Part shown: positions 8,885 through 17,086 of the stretch, in pieces
How the letters are laid out: every line of letters starts with the position of its first letter
How positions within the stretch are numbered: position 1 is the first letter of the stretch
Assembly: GCA_016198585.1 (NCBI GenBank)
Contig: JACQII010000006.1
Coordinates: forward strand, 34,296 to 98,295
From: Candidatus Aenigmatarchaeota archaeon
Lineage (GTDB): Archaea; Aenigmatarchaeota; Aenigmatarchaeia; QMZP01
Direction of reading: 5' to 3'
Length of the DNA stretch: 64,000 nucleotides
Program-made: the position numbers and the translations under genes
Notes under the pieces: model-generated
What the model saw: only the letters and a program-made list of their open reading frames with translations
Database searches by the model: none
What the model was told of the DNA's origin: nothing

Positions 8885-10051
8885 ATGGAGTGGATCATCG
8901 CCGCCTTCTTGTCCCTCGCGCTGGCGTTCAGCGTCCTGGGCTGGCGCTGGGAGCGCCGGATGCGGCGGCCGCCGCTCACCCGGACGCCCCTGGTCTCGAT
9001 CCTGATCCCCTCGTATAACAACCCCCACCTACCCGATGCGGTCGCCTCGGCCAAGGCCCTGGACTACCCGAAGAAGGAGATCCTGGTCGTGAGTGAGGGC
9101 ACGCGCCCGAAGGTCACGGGCGTGCAGCTGCTCCACTCCCCGGTCCGGCAGGGGAAATCCCGGTCGCTCAACCAGGCTGTCCAGAAGGCGAAGGGCGAGA
9201 TCCTCTTCTTCATGGACGCGGACACCGTCGCTGATACAGACACCCTGACCAAGCTCGTCCCCTGGTTCCGCAAGGGCGTCGCGGCCGTCTCACCCAAGTT
9301 CACCGTGCGGAACCGGACCACGCTCCTGACGAAGCTCATCGGCCTGGAGCACCAGTTCATCTCCTCCCTGTTCAAGATCCACATGTCCTTCGGCAGCCTG
9401 ATCTCTTTCCGGGGCTGCGGGATCGCCATCTCCAGGGACGCGTTCCTCCGCCACGGCGGATGGCGGGAGACCGTCATCGAGGACACCGACCTCGCGGCGC
9501 GGATGGTCGCAGCGGGCGACAAGATCCTCTACGACCCGCATGCCGTCGTCCGGACAGTCGAGCCAGACACCTGGGCAGCCTACCGGCAGCAGCGGACCCG
9601 GTGGGGTCGCGGGACTGCCTTCTCCTTCCTGACCCACTACCGCTTCTACCTGAAGAACCCGCAGTTCTCCCTCTACATCTTCCCTTACCTGCTGCTCTTC
9701 CTCGCGATCGGCGGCTTCCTGCTCTACCAGACGAGCCTCGCGCTGCCCGCGGTCTCCCTCTACTTGATCTACACGCTCTCGATCCGCGAGGCCGTCGGCC
9801 TGCTCGCCCTGCTCGCCATCCCCCTCGTGGCGACCTATACCGGGGTCGGCGCCTCGGTCACGGCCGCCAGCATCACCCACTTCGCCATCGTCACGAAATC
9901 CGAACGCACCAGCCTGAAGGACCTGGCCCTCACCATCCCCTACGTGGCCGTGTTCTTCCCAATGACGATCAGCGTCTATGCCCGCGGCGCGCTCTCTGCC
10001 ATCGCGGACAAGCGCAACCGCCGGCCTGAACTCGACCTGCGGCGCTGGTAG
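8885..10051 (+). CDS. family-2 glycosyltransferase with C-terminal multi-TM domain
   Basis: ILIPSYNNPH...DADT (DxD), GT2 fold, then ~4 TM helices. ATG 8885 lies ~30 nt downstream of TATA TTATATAGCTATTTAAG. The track ORF starts at an upstream GTG. Confidence 0.7.
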   Translation: MEWIIAAFLSLALAFSVLGWRWERRMRRPPLTRTPLVSILIPSYNNPHLPDAVASAKALDYPKKEILVVSEGTRPKVTGVQLLHSPVRQGKSRSLNQAVQKAKGEILFFMDADTVADTDTLTKLVPWFRKGVAAVSPKFTVRNRTTLLTKLIGLEHQFISSLFKIHMSFGSLISFRGCGIAISRDAFLRHGGWRETVIEDTDLAARMVAAGDKILYDPHAVVRTVEPDTWAAYRQQRTRWGRGTAFSFLTHYRFYLKNPQFSLYIFPYLLLFLAIGGFLLYQTSLALPAVSLYLIYTLSIREAVGLLALLAIPLVATYTGVGASVTAASITHFAIVTKSERTSLKDLALTIPYVAVFFPMTISVYARGALSAIADKRNRRPELDLRRW

Positions 10052-10102
10052 CGCCTGGCCCGCGAACGTCCATCTTCTTGTCGGCCAACTCCCCAGGAGA
10101 AC

Positions 10103-10681
10103 TTACCGCGCGCGCGCAGTCCGCACCCTGCGGCCCGGCCGCAGGGAGAAGAAGACGTTGAGCGACGACGGGATCCCTGCCTCCTGGACCTGGAGTCCGA
10201 CATCCTGAAAAAGGGACCGCCATTCCCGGACGCGCAGGAAGCTGAGCGGGATTGGCATCCGGTACGCCAGGTTCGCCGCGTAGTCGTAGAGCGAGAGGAG
10301 GGCCTTGCTCACCTGATTCGTGTAGGTGTGGTCGAGGATGATGATGGATCCCTTCGTGACGCGCGCCGCCTCGCGGAGCAGCCGTTCCCGGTCCTGGGCG
10401 TGGTGGAGTATATAGACGAAGAGACAGGTGTCGAAACTCTTGTCCGGGAAGGGCAACCGCTTCCCGTCATAGAGCGCGGTCGGGATCTTCTGGACCCGGT
10501 AGCGGGTGACCTCGACGCCTTCGATCGCGACCCGGAGCCGGTCCTGCAGGAGCCGCTCGATCTCCCCCTGGCCGCAGCCCACGCTCAGGACCCGGCCGCG
10601 CGTGACGTGCGGCGCCAGCAGCCGGAACACCGTCTCCTCGTAATTGAAGACCCGCCGCAGCCGGGTGAATGCCTTCTCCAT
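10103..10681 (-). CDS. class I SAM-dependent methyltransferase
   Basis: VLSVGCGQGEIE glycine-rich SAM-binding motif I and downstream motifs. Confidence 0.7.
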   Translation of the reverse strand: MEKAFTRLRRVFNYEETVFRLLAPHVTRGRVLSVGCGQGEIERLLQDRLRVAIEGVEVTRYRVQKIPTALYDGKRLPFPDKSFDTCLFVYILHHAQDRERLLREAARVTKGSIIILDHTYTNQVSKALLSLYDYAANLAYRMPIPLSFLRVREWRSLFQDVGLQVQEAGIPSSLNVFFSLRPGRRVRTARAR

Positions 10682-10714
10682 GCCCGTTATTAATACCCGC
10701 GCAACATAAAAGGT

Positions 10715-11953
10715 ATGCTCCAGCTGACCGAGGAAGGCCGTCGCTACATCCGCGACGGCCTACCCGAGAAGCGGCTCATCGCGCTGGTCAAGAAACCAAC
10801 TCCGCTGGCCGGGCTGCAGATGCCCGACCTGGGTATTGCCTTGCAGTGGGCGAAGAAGCACGGCTGGGTGGCGATCGAGAAGGGCATGCTCCGGCCACTC
10901 GGCAAACCGCGCGACCTCCCTGAAGAAGCCGGTCTGCAGGCCGTCGCAGCGGGCAAGCCCGTCGACGCCCGGATCGCTGCCGTGCTGATCCAGCGGAAGC
11001 TGGTGCAGGAAGCGCGGGATGACCTCCGCCGGCAGGCCGAACGCCAGCTTGAGGAAGGCGTCGCCACGCTCACCCCTGAACTGATCGCCACCGGGCTCTG
11101 GAAGCAGGCAACCTTCAAGCCGTACAACGTCTCCTCGCCTGGGGCGGCCCGCCATCCCGGCAAGCGCCACCCGTACAACGCCTTCCTGTTCCAGGTGCGG
11201 CAGCGGCTGGTCGAGATGGGCTTCAAGGAGATGACCGGTCCGCTCATCGAGCTCGAGTTCTGGAACTTCGACGCCCTCTTCCAGCCGCAGAACCATCCCT
11301 CCCGGGACTGGACCCAGACCTATTCCCTGGCCTTCCCGACGACCGGCCGGCTGCCGGCGAAGAAGCTGACCGACCAGGTAAAGGCAGCCCACGAAGGCCG
11401 CCTGCCCGGAAGCACAGGCTGGGGCTACCGCTGGAACCCGGAAAAGGCTGCCCGGCTCATGCCCCGGGCGCATGATACGGCCATCTCCCCGCGCTACCTT
11501 GCGACTGGCGTCGAGGTGCCGGGAAAGTACTTCAACATCGTCCGCTGCTTCCGGCCCGACGTCATCGACGCGACCCACGGCGTAGAGTTCAACCAGACCG
11601 GCGGGTTCGTCATCGACCCTGACCTGACCTTCCGCCACCTGCTCGGCCTGCTGAAGGAGTTCGCCACCGAGTTCGCCGGCGCGGAGAAGATCAAGTTCAT
11701 TCCCGATTACTACCCCTTCACGGAACCTTCGATCCAGATGTCAGCGAAGCATCCCGATCTGGGGTGGATTGAGTTCGGCGGAGCCGGCATCTTCCGGGAA
11801 GAGCTGACGCAGGCGCTCGGCGTCCAGGAACCGGTGATTGCGTGGGGCGTCGGCATCGACCGCCTCGCCATGTTCCGCCTCGGCATCCGGGACATCCGGG
11901 AGCTCTTCACTCGGGATTTGCAATGGCTGCGGAGCCAGCCGGTGATCGCATGA
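10715..11953 (+). CDS. pheS: phenylalanyl-tRNA synthetase alpha subunit (archaeal)
   Basis: Class-II core ...FNIVRCFRPDVIDATHGVEFNQTGGFV... with N-terminal winged-helix region. Confidence 0.88.
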   Translation: MLQLTEEGRRYIRDGLPEKRLIALVKKPTPLAGLQMPDLGIALQWAKKHGWVAIEKGMLRPLGKPRDLPEEAGLQAVAAGKPVDARIAAVLIQRKLVQEARDDLRRQAERQLEEGVATLTPELIATGLWKQATFKPYNVSSPGAARHPGKRHPYNAFLFQVRQRLVEMGFKEMTGPLIELEFWNFDALFQPQNHPSRDWTQTYSLAFPTTGRLPAKKLTDQVKAAHEGRLPGSTGWGYRWNPEKAARLMPRAHDTAISPRYLATGVEVPGKYFNIVRCFRPDVIDATHGVEFNQTGGFVIDPDLTFRHLLGLLKEFATEFAGAEKIKFIPDYYPFTEPSIQMSAKHPDLGWIEFGGAGIFREELTQALGVQEPVIAWGVGIDRLAMFRLGIRDIRELFTRDLQWLRSQPVIA

Positions 11954-12180
11954 ACACGGTCGATTTCCCCGCGCTCCTGCAGCAGGCGCAGCGTTGTGCG
12001 AAGGGTGGGGTTCCCTGGCACTTCCACATCCTCACACCGAGCTGCCGGTTCAATGCGAAGAAGGAGTTCACGATCATCTTCGAGAACGAAGCGACGAAAG
12101 AGCAGCTCGCCTCCTCCTTTGCGCAGAAACCGCTCGCGCAAGGGGAGAAGCTGGAAGCGCTCTTCTACGGACGGGTGTAA
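11950..12180 (+). CDS. small conserved-looking protein (76 aa) translationally coupled between pheS and pheT
   Basis: ATGA overlap with the pheS stop and 2-nt gap before the pheT ATG. Composition is AT-codon-rich (K, F, I, N) against a GC-rich background, which argues for selection on coding. MNTVDFPALLQQAQRCAKGGVPWHFHILTPSCRFNAKKEF... Confidence 0.5.
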   Translation: MNTVDFPALLQQAQRCAKGGVPWHFHILTPSCRFNAKKEFTIIFENEATKEQLASSFAQKPLAQGEKLEALFYGRV

Positions 12181-12182
12181 CT

Positions 12183-13832
12183 ATGCCGACGCTCGAACTC
12201 TCGCACAAGGACCTGTGCTCCCTGATCGGGAAGCCAATCCCGAAAGATCAGGTCGCTGACGCGCTGCTCTACGCCAAGTGCGAGCTCGACACCCAGGACG
12301 GGGATGTCCTGCACGTGGACGCGAAGGACACCAACCGACCGGACCTCTGGTCGGCCGAGGGGATCGCCCGCGAGATTGCCGGCCGATTAGGGCGGCCAGG
12401 ACTGCCATCGCACCGCGCGACGAAACCAGTCCAGATCGTTGCCGTGACCGCCGGCGACGTCCACCCGTTCGCGACCGCCGCGATCATTCGCGACGTCACC
12501 CTCACCGAGGCCGCGCTCTCGCAGATGATCCAACTGCAGGAAAAGATCTCCACGAGCTTCGGCCGCGGCCGGCGTGAGATGTGCGCCGGGGCATATGACC
12601 TGGACCTACTGCGCTTCCCTGTCGCGTACACGACCAAGAAGCCGGAGGACATCCGGTTCGTCCCGCTCGGGTTCACACAGGAAATGACCGTCCGCGAGAT
12701 GCTTGCCACCCACCCCAAGGGGAAGGAGTACGGCCACCTGCTCACCGGGGCAGCCCGCTATCCGGTCTGGACCGACGCCACAGGCGCAGTCCTTTCCCTG
12801 GTCCCGATCACCAATGCCGCGGGCCCGGGCACGGTCACAACCAAGACACGGAACCTCTTCATCGAGTGCACAGGGACCTCACTTCCGATGCTCCAGACCG
12901 CGATCACGGTCATGGCGGCCGCGCTTGCCGACCGCGGCGGCACCGTCGAAGCCGTCACCCTACGGGGGCCGGGCAGACCAGTGATCTCACCCGACTTCAC
13001 CCCGAAGCGGGCAGTCGTCGCTCTCGACCAGCTGCGGGTCACCGGTCTCGACCTCTCCGGCACCCAGGCAGTCTCGCTGCTCCGACAAGCCCGCACCTTA
13101 CCGGTCCTAAAAGGACCACGGATCGAGGTCAGCTACCCCGCCTACCGGCAAGACATCATGCACGCCCGCGACCTTGTCGAGGACCTGCTGATCAGCGCAG
13201 GCTACGGTGAGATTGAACCGGTGGTTCCCCGCCTCGCGACACGGGGCGCAGCCGATCGGCGCGAACTGCTCACCGCTCGCGTGGCCGAAGCGGCTATCGG
13301 CGCCGGCCTGCAGGAGGTCATGAGCTACATCCTGACCAACAAGGACGCGCTCTTCTCACGGATGCAGCTGCCGCCGGGCAGGGCGTGCGAGATTGCGAAT
13401 CCCGTCAGCGCGACGTGGAGCGTGTTCCGCACCGGGATGCTGCCGTCGCTGCTTGAGTTTCTCTCGAAAAACAAGCACGTTGAGTATCCGCAGCAGGTGT
13501 TCGAGATCGGCGACTGCGTCCTCCCTGATGACCGGCAGGAGACCGGGACCCTGACGTCGCGGAAGCTCGGCATCGCGCTGACGGACGTGCGGGCCGGCTA
13601 TGAGAGCATCGCCGCAGTCCTGGATGTGATTCTCCGGACGCTCGGCGTACGCTACACCCTCGCGCCCACCAGCCATACCAGCTTCCTTCCCGGCCGGGTC
13701 GCGGCCGTCCTGGTGAACGACCGGCCGGCCGGCCACGTGGGCGAAATCCATCCGCAGGCCCTCAACAACTGGGGCCTGGAGAAGCCCGTCGCCGCCGCCG
13801 AGATCGACCTTGCCGCCCTAGAGACCGCATGA
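12183..13832 (+). CDS. pheT: phenylalanyl-tRNA synthetase beta subunit (archaeal)
   Basis: Starts MPTLELSHKDLCSLIGKPIPKDQV (B1-domain start typical of archaeal PheT); 549 aa. Confidence 0.85.
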   Translation: MPTLELSHKDLCSLIGKPIPKDQVADALLYAKCELDTQDGDVLHVDAKDTNRPDLWSAEGIAREIAGRLGRPGLPSHRATKPVQIVAVTAGDVHPFATAAIIRDVTLTEAALSQMIQLQEKISTSFGRGRREMCAGAYDLDLLRFPVAYTTKKPEDIRFVPLGFTQEMTVREMLATHPKGKEYGHLLTGAARYPVWTDATGAVLSLVPITNAAGPGTVTTKTRNLFIECTGTSLPMLQTAITVMAAALADRGGTVEAVTLRGPGRPVISPDFTPKRAVVALDQLRVTGLDLSGTQAVSLLRQARTLPVLKGPRIEVSYPAYRQDIMHARDLVEDLLISAGYGEIEPVVPRLATRGAADRRELLTARVAEAAIGAGLQEVMSYILTNKDALFSRMQLPPGRACEIANPVSATWSVFRTGMLPSLLEFLSKNKHVEYPQQVFEIGDCVLPDDRQETGTLTSRKLGIALTDVRAGYESIAAVLDVILRTLGVRYTLAPTSHTSFLPGRVAAVLVNDRPAGHVGEIHPQALNNWGLEKPVAAAEIDLAALETA

Positions 13833-13909
13833 AGGCGCTAACGAGCCTGCGGACCACTGCCCTCCGGTCTCTGCGAAAAAGATGAGCGATCCTTACCTGG
13901 GCTGGCCAG

Positions 13910-14653
13910 TCAGAACGGCCAGAACCGCCGTGGCGGCCGGTGAGGAACCCCGGAAAGCCGGGAAGCGATGAGCATGAACTCGCGGGACGCGAGCGACCGC
14001 GGCCGGTGGGTCACGACCGGGGTTTTGCGGGCCAGCGCGCGCTTCACCTGCTCGTCTTCGGGGATCAGCCCGAGGAGCGGCATGCCCAGGAAGTCCGCGA
14101 CCTCGAGCGGCGGGACGTCGTAGCCTTTCCCCCGGTAGCGGTTGACCACCACGCCGAGCGTGATCGCCCCGAACTCCTCGGCGAAACGGCCGAGTTTCAG
14201 GGCGTCGGTCATCGCCGGCAGGTCAGGGTTCGTCACGACGAGGACCTCGTCCGCGGCCTCGATGGCCGCGAGGGCTTCCTTTCCCAGGCCAGCGGCCGTG
14301 TCGACCAGCAGGAAATCAGCATCAGTCACCTTGTAGAAGACTTCCAGGAATTCGTTCGTGTCCGGGATCAGGAGCTTCTCCAGGGAGATGTCGGCCGGCA
14401 TCACGCGGAAGCCGCTGCTGTGGTGGTAGATCGCATCCTTCAACCGGGCCTTGCCGTTGAGGACGTCCTGAATCGTGATCGGGTACATGGGAATCCCGAG
14501 GTGGATGCCCAGGTTCGAAGTGGTGATGTTCGAGTCGACGGCGACGACGCTCTGGCCCAGGGCGGCGAGAGCAGCAGAGAGGTTGGCGACCACGGTGGTC
14601 TTCCCGACCCCGCCTTTGCCAGAAGCGACAGCAATGATCCTCGCCATAGCCAT
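13910..14653 (-). CDS. MinD/ParA-family P-loop ATPase
   Basis: Deviant Walker A IAVASGKGGVGKTT; Walker B LLVDTAAGL; ~245 aa. Confidence 0.8.
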   Translation of the reverse strand: MAMARIIAVASGKGGVGKTTVVANLSAALAALGQSVVAVDSNITTSNLGIHLGIPMYPITIQDVLNGKARLKDAIYHHSSGFRVMPADISLEKLLIPDTNEFLEVFYKVTDADFLLVDTAAGLGKEALAAIEAADEVLVVTNPDLPAMTDALKLGRFAEEFGAITLGVVVNRYRGKGYDVPPLEVADFLGMPLLGLIPEDEQVKRALARKTPVVTHRPRSLASREFMLIASRLSGVPHRPPRRFWPF

Positions 14654-14707
14654 TGTTTAGACAAGAGATATAAATCCTTGCTGACGCGTGCCGCTGAAAA
14701 TCCGCGC

Positions 14708-15232
14708 CTATCGCCTTTCCTCCCCCAGACGGGAGCGGATGTCGTCAGCGACCTCGGCGACCGTTCTGCCTTCCGTCTCTATCGGGATGCCGGCGTCAAA
14801 TGCGGCAGCAAGACGGTAGACGTCCGCCACATCTTTCGGCGTCAGTGACGTCTTCCGCTTCCTGTTCCGTCGGATGCAGGTATCGAGGGATGCGCGAAGG
14901 GAGAACACCTGGTGCCTGAAGGGGAGGCTGCGGATGAGGTGATCCAAATGGGTCGGCCGGTAGAAGCAGGCTTCGATGATCACGACGCGTCCTCGCAGGA
15001 GGCGGCGCTTGACGTCCTCCAGCAGGAGGAGATCACCCGCGATGAAGTTCTCCGCCGGTATGCCTTCACCCACAATGCGGTCCAATCCGTGGTCGGCCAG
15101 GACGGTGTCGAAGTGGACAACATGCGCGTCAAGCAACTTCCCGAGCCGCGAGGCGACCGCGGTCTTTCCCGACGCGGCGGGACCGCGGATAATGAGATAG
15201 TACCCCCTCGGGCCCCGTACCGGTGTGGACAT
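14708..15232 (-). CDS. P-loop nucleotide kinase-like protein
   Basis: MSTPVRGPRGYYLIIRGPAASGKT Walker A followed by kinase-like fold. Start moved to the internal Met so the CDS does not run through the tRNA. Confidence 0.6.
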   Translation of the reverse strand: MSTPVRGPRGYYLIIRGPAASGKTAVASRLGKLLDAHVVHFDTVLADHGLDRIVGEGIPAENFIAGDLLLLEDVKRRLLRGRVVIIEACFYRPTHLDHLIRSLPFRHQVFSLRASLDTCIRRNRKRKTSLTPKDVADVYRLAAAFDAGIPIETEGRTVAEVADDIRSRLGEERR

Positions 15233-15255
15233 AGGAATCCTCTCAAGATGCGCGA

Positions 15256-15353
15256 GCGGACCCGGTGGGGATTGAACCCACGGCCTCTCCCTTAGGAGGG
15301 GAGCGCTCTGATCCAATTGCCCACGCCGTTGGCGGCGTTCTGAGCTACGGGTC
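15256..15353 (-). tRNA. tRNA-Arg (anticodon CCU) with a probable ~22-nt intron in the D-loop
   Basis: Reverse complement GGACCCG-TA-GCTC-[AGAACGCCGCCAACGGCGTGGGCAATTGGATCA]-GAGC-G-CTCCC-CTCCTAA-GGGAG-AGGCC-GTGGG-TTCAATC-CCCAC-CGGGTCC-G. Perfect 7-bp acceptor stem, 5-bp anticodon stem, T33-CCT-A37, canonical T-loop TTCAATC. The D-loop is ~22 nt too long and contains an internal CGCCG-CCAA-CGGCG hairpin. No encoded CCA. Confidence 0.7.
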
Positions 15354-15435
15354 CGTGCTTAACATTGCCGCGGATGGTTTATATTCGGACCTTGCCCCGC
15401 CGGCCCGTTTATTAGTCGGCCGGCTAATACTCGAC

Positions 15436-16104
15436 ATGCAGCAGCTGGCCGCGCTTCTCCTGCTCGTTGCCGTTTCAGGGTGCACCACCTCGGTAACTGG
15501 CGATGCGGCCGCGGAGCCGCGCCCGATCGAGATCCAGGTCGAAACCGTCATCCCTGATCCTTGCGCCAACGTAACCTGCGCCCCTTCCCTCCTCAGCTGC
15601 CCGGACGGCACGACCGCCCGGTGTGACAACGCCTGTGCGGCCGGCAGCTGCTCGGCCTGCACACCGGCCTGCGCGAACCCGGGCTGTGCGGAGGACTGGG
15701 AGTGCACACCCTGGAGCGCGTGCGAGAACGGGACGCAGCAGCGATCCTGCCTTGAGCTGAACGGCTGCGGGACCGCCCTTGCGAAGCCCGGCCTCACCCA
15801 GGACTGCTTCTCCCTCGCGATCATTTCAGTCGACGCCGCCGGCGAGCGCGCCGTCATCAGGAATCTCGGCCTGACGGCGGCCAACCTACAGGGATGGACG
15901 TTGCGGGACGCAGCCGGCCATGTGTTCACCTTCCAGGCCTTCATCCTCCAGCCAGGGAGCGAGGTCGCCGTCGTGAAAGGGACCGGACCAGACACGGCAG
16001 CGACCCTGTCCTGGGGCAGCAACGTGAACGTCTGGAACAATGACGGGGACATCGCGACCTTGGCCGACGCCGAAGGGAACGTGGTGAGCGAACTCGCGTA
16101 CTGA
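15436..16104 (+). CDS. lipoprotein with Cys-rich region and C-terminal lamin-tail-like (LTD) domain
   Basis: MQQLAALLLLVAVSGC lipobox. About 25 Cys within ~90 aa. The C-terminus ...IRNLG..NLQGWTLRDAAGHVFTF..L.PG..VVV..G....W...NVWNNDGDIATLADAEGNVV matches the lamin-tail-domain pattern. The track ORF starts further upstream and overlaps the tRNA. Confidence 0.65.
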   Translation: MQQLAALLLLVAVSGCTTSVTGDAAAEPRPIEIQVETVIPDPCANVTCAPSLLSCPDGTTARCDNACAAGSCSACTPACANPGCAEDWECTPWSACENGTQQRSCLELNGCGTALAKPGLTQDCFSLAIISVDAAGERAVIRNLGLTAANLQGWTLRDAAGHVFTFQAFILQPGSEVAVVKGTGPDTAATLSWGSNVNVWNNDGDIATLADAEGNVVSELAY

Positions 16105-16106
16105 AC

Positions 16107-16649
16107 TCACTCGGGCTGGCCGGCGCAGTCCTCGCAGAGCCACTCGCCGCCCTCGTTCCGCAGGTCATCGGCGTAGCCCTCGCATCCCTCGCAGATGCCC
16201 GAGAGCCGGGTATCCCTGCGCGGTGCAACGCGTTCGACCCGGGCCTTGAGCTTCTCCGAGAGGACGTCGATCATTTCCGGGGCGGTGAGCAGGATCTCCT
16301 TGTCGGTGACGATGCCCTGCAGGCGGCCCTCCTTGACGATGGGGATGCGCTTGACCTTGCTCTTGATCATGAGCTTGACCAGGTCCAGAATCTTCTCCTC
16401 TGGAGAAGCTGAGATGAACCGGCGGCCGGCCAGGTCCTTGACCCGCGCCTGCTTGGGGCTCTCGCCGCGGGCGATGATCCCGACGAGGTCCTCGCTGGTG
16501 ACGATCCCGACCGGCTTCTGGCCGTCCAGGACTACCACCGAGCCGATCCTGTTGGACGACATGATCTTGGCGACCTCGTCCATCGTGAAGCTCGGCTCGA
16601 CCGTGACCACATACTTGCGCATGACGTCCTTCGCGCGGATGGTGCTCAT
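16107..16649 (-). CDS. CBS-domain pair protein with C-terminal zinc ribbon
   Basis: Two CBS motifs (...VVVLDGQKPVGIVTSEDL..., ...RIPIVKEGRLQGIVTDKEIL...) and CEGCEG...CEDC at the C-terminus. Confidence 0.75.
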   Translation of the reverse strand: MSTIRAKDVMRKYVVTVEPSFTMDEVAKIMSSNRIGSVVVLDGQKPVGIVTSEDLVGIIARGESPKQARVKDLAGRRFISASPEEKILDLVKLMIKSKVKRIPIVKEGRLQGIVTDKEILLTAPEMIDVLSEKLKARVERVAPRRDTRLSGICEGCEGYADDLRNEGGEWLCEDCAGQPE

Positions 16650-16703
16650 GAGGAGTCTTAGGCAGCCAGACTTAAATGCGCCGCCCTCTCCGGGGGTCTA
16701 GGG

Positions 16704-16777
16704 ATGGAAAATATATCCATTCTGTGTGAAAAATATTCCATTTTTTGACCGATTCCTTTATATGGATTCCGTCCATA
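16704..16777 (+). promoter_or_regulatory. two inverted repeats ATGGA-N7-TCCAT (16704..16720) and ATGGA-N5-TCCAT (16763..16777) in a divergent promoter region; the second overlaps the TATA/TSS of the 94-aa ORF
   Basis: Read directly: ATGGAAAATATATCCAT and ATGGATTCCGTCCAT. Additional TCCAT/ATGGA half-sites at 16736 and 16786. Confidence 0.55.
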
Positions 16778-16786
16778 GCGACGTAA

Positions 16787-17071
16787 ATGGATGATGATTC
16801 TGAGAAGCAGGAGTCTCTTCTCTTGGATCACTTCAAGGCCATGACCCCAGAGGAGAAGAAAGGCGTCCGCGTCTATTTTAGCCCCAAATACAGCCTCTAC
16901 ATCTTCGAGCACGCGGACGGCCAGATGGGCATCGGCTCCTCCCTGGGAAACGGCCGCGGCTTCATCTATTTCCACCCGCGGCTGGGCAAGCTGGTGACCA
17001 GCCAGCACTTTTCCATGGACAACCTGATTTCGCTCCTGGACCGCGAGAATGTGGTCAAGATCGGGGACTAG
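16787..17071 (+). CDS. small hypothetical protein (94 aa)
   Basis: ATG 25 nt downstream of TATA-like TTTATATGG; unbiased composition; paired inverted repeats upstream. Confidence 0.55.
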   Translation: MDDDSEKQESLLLDHFKAMTPEEKKGVRVYFSPKYSLYIFEHADGQMGIGSSLGNGRGFIYFHPRLGKLVTSQHFSMDNLISLLDRENVVKIGD

Positions 17072-17086
17072 CTCCCTTGGTCTCCG

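Noticed and set aside
15265-15435. 5' extension of ORF 15265..16104 and ORF 14708..15316 running through the tRNA
   Set aside because: Both extensions overlap a canonical tRNA on the opposite/same strand. Internal Met codons (15436 and 15232) give a lipoprotein signal peptide and a Walker-A start respectively.
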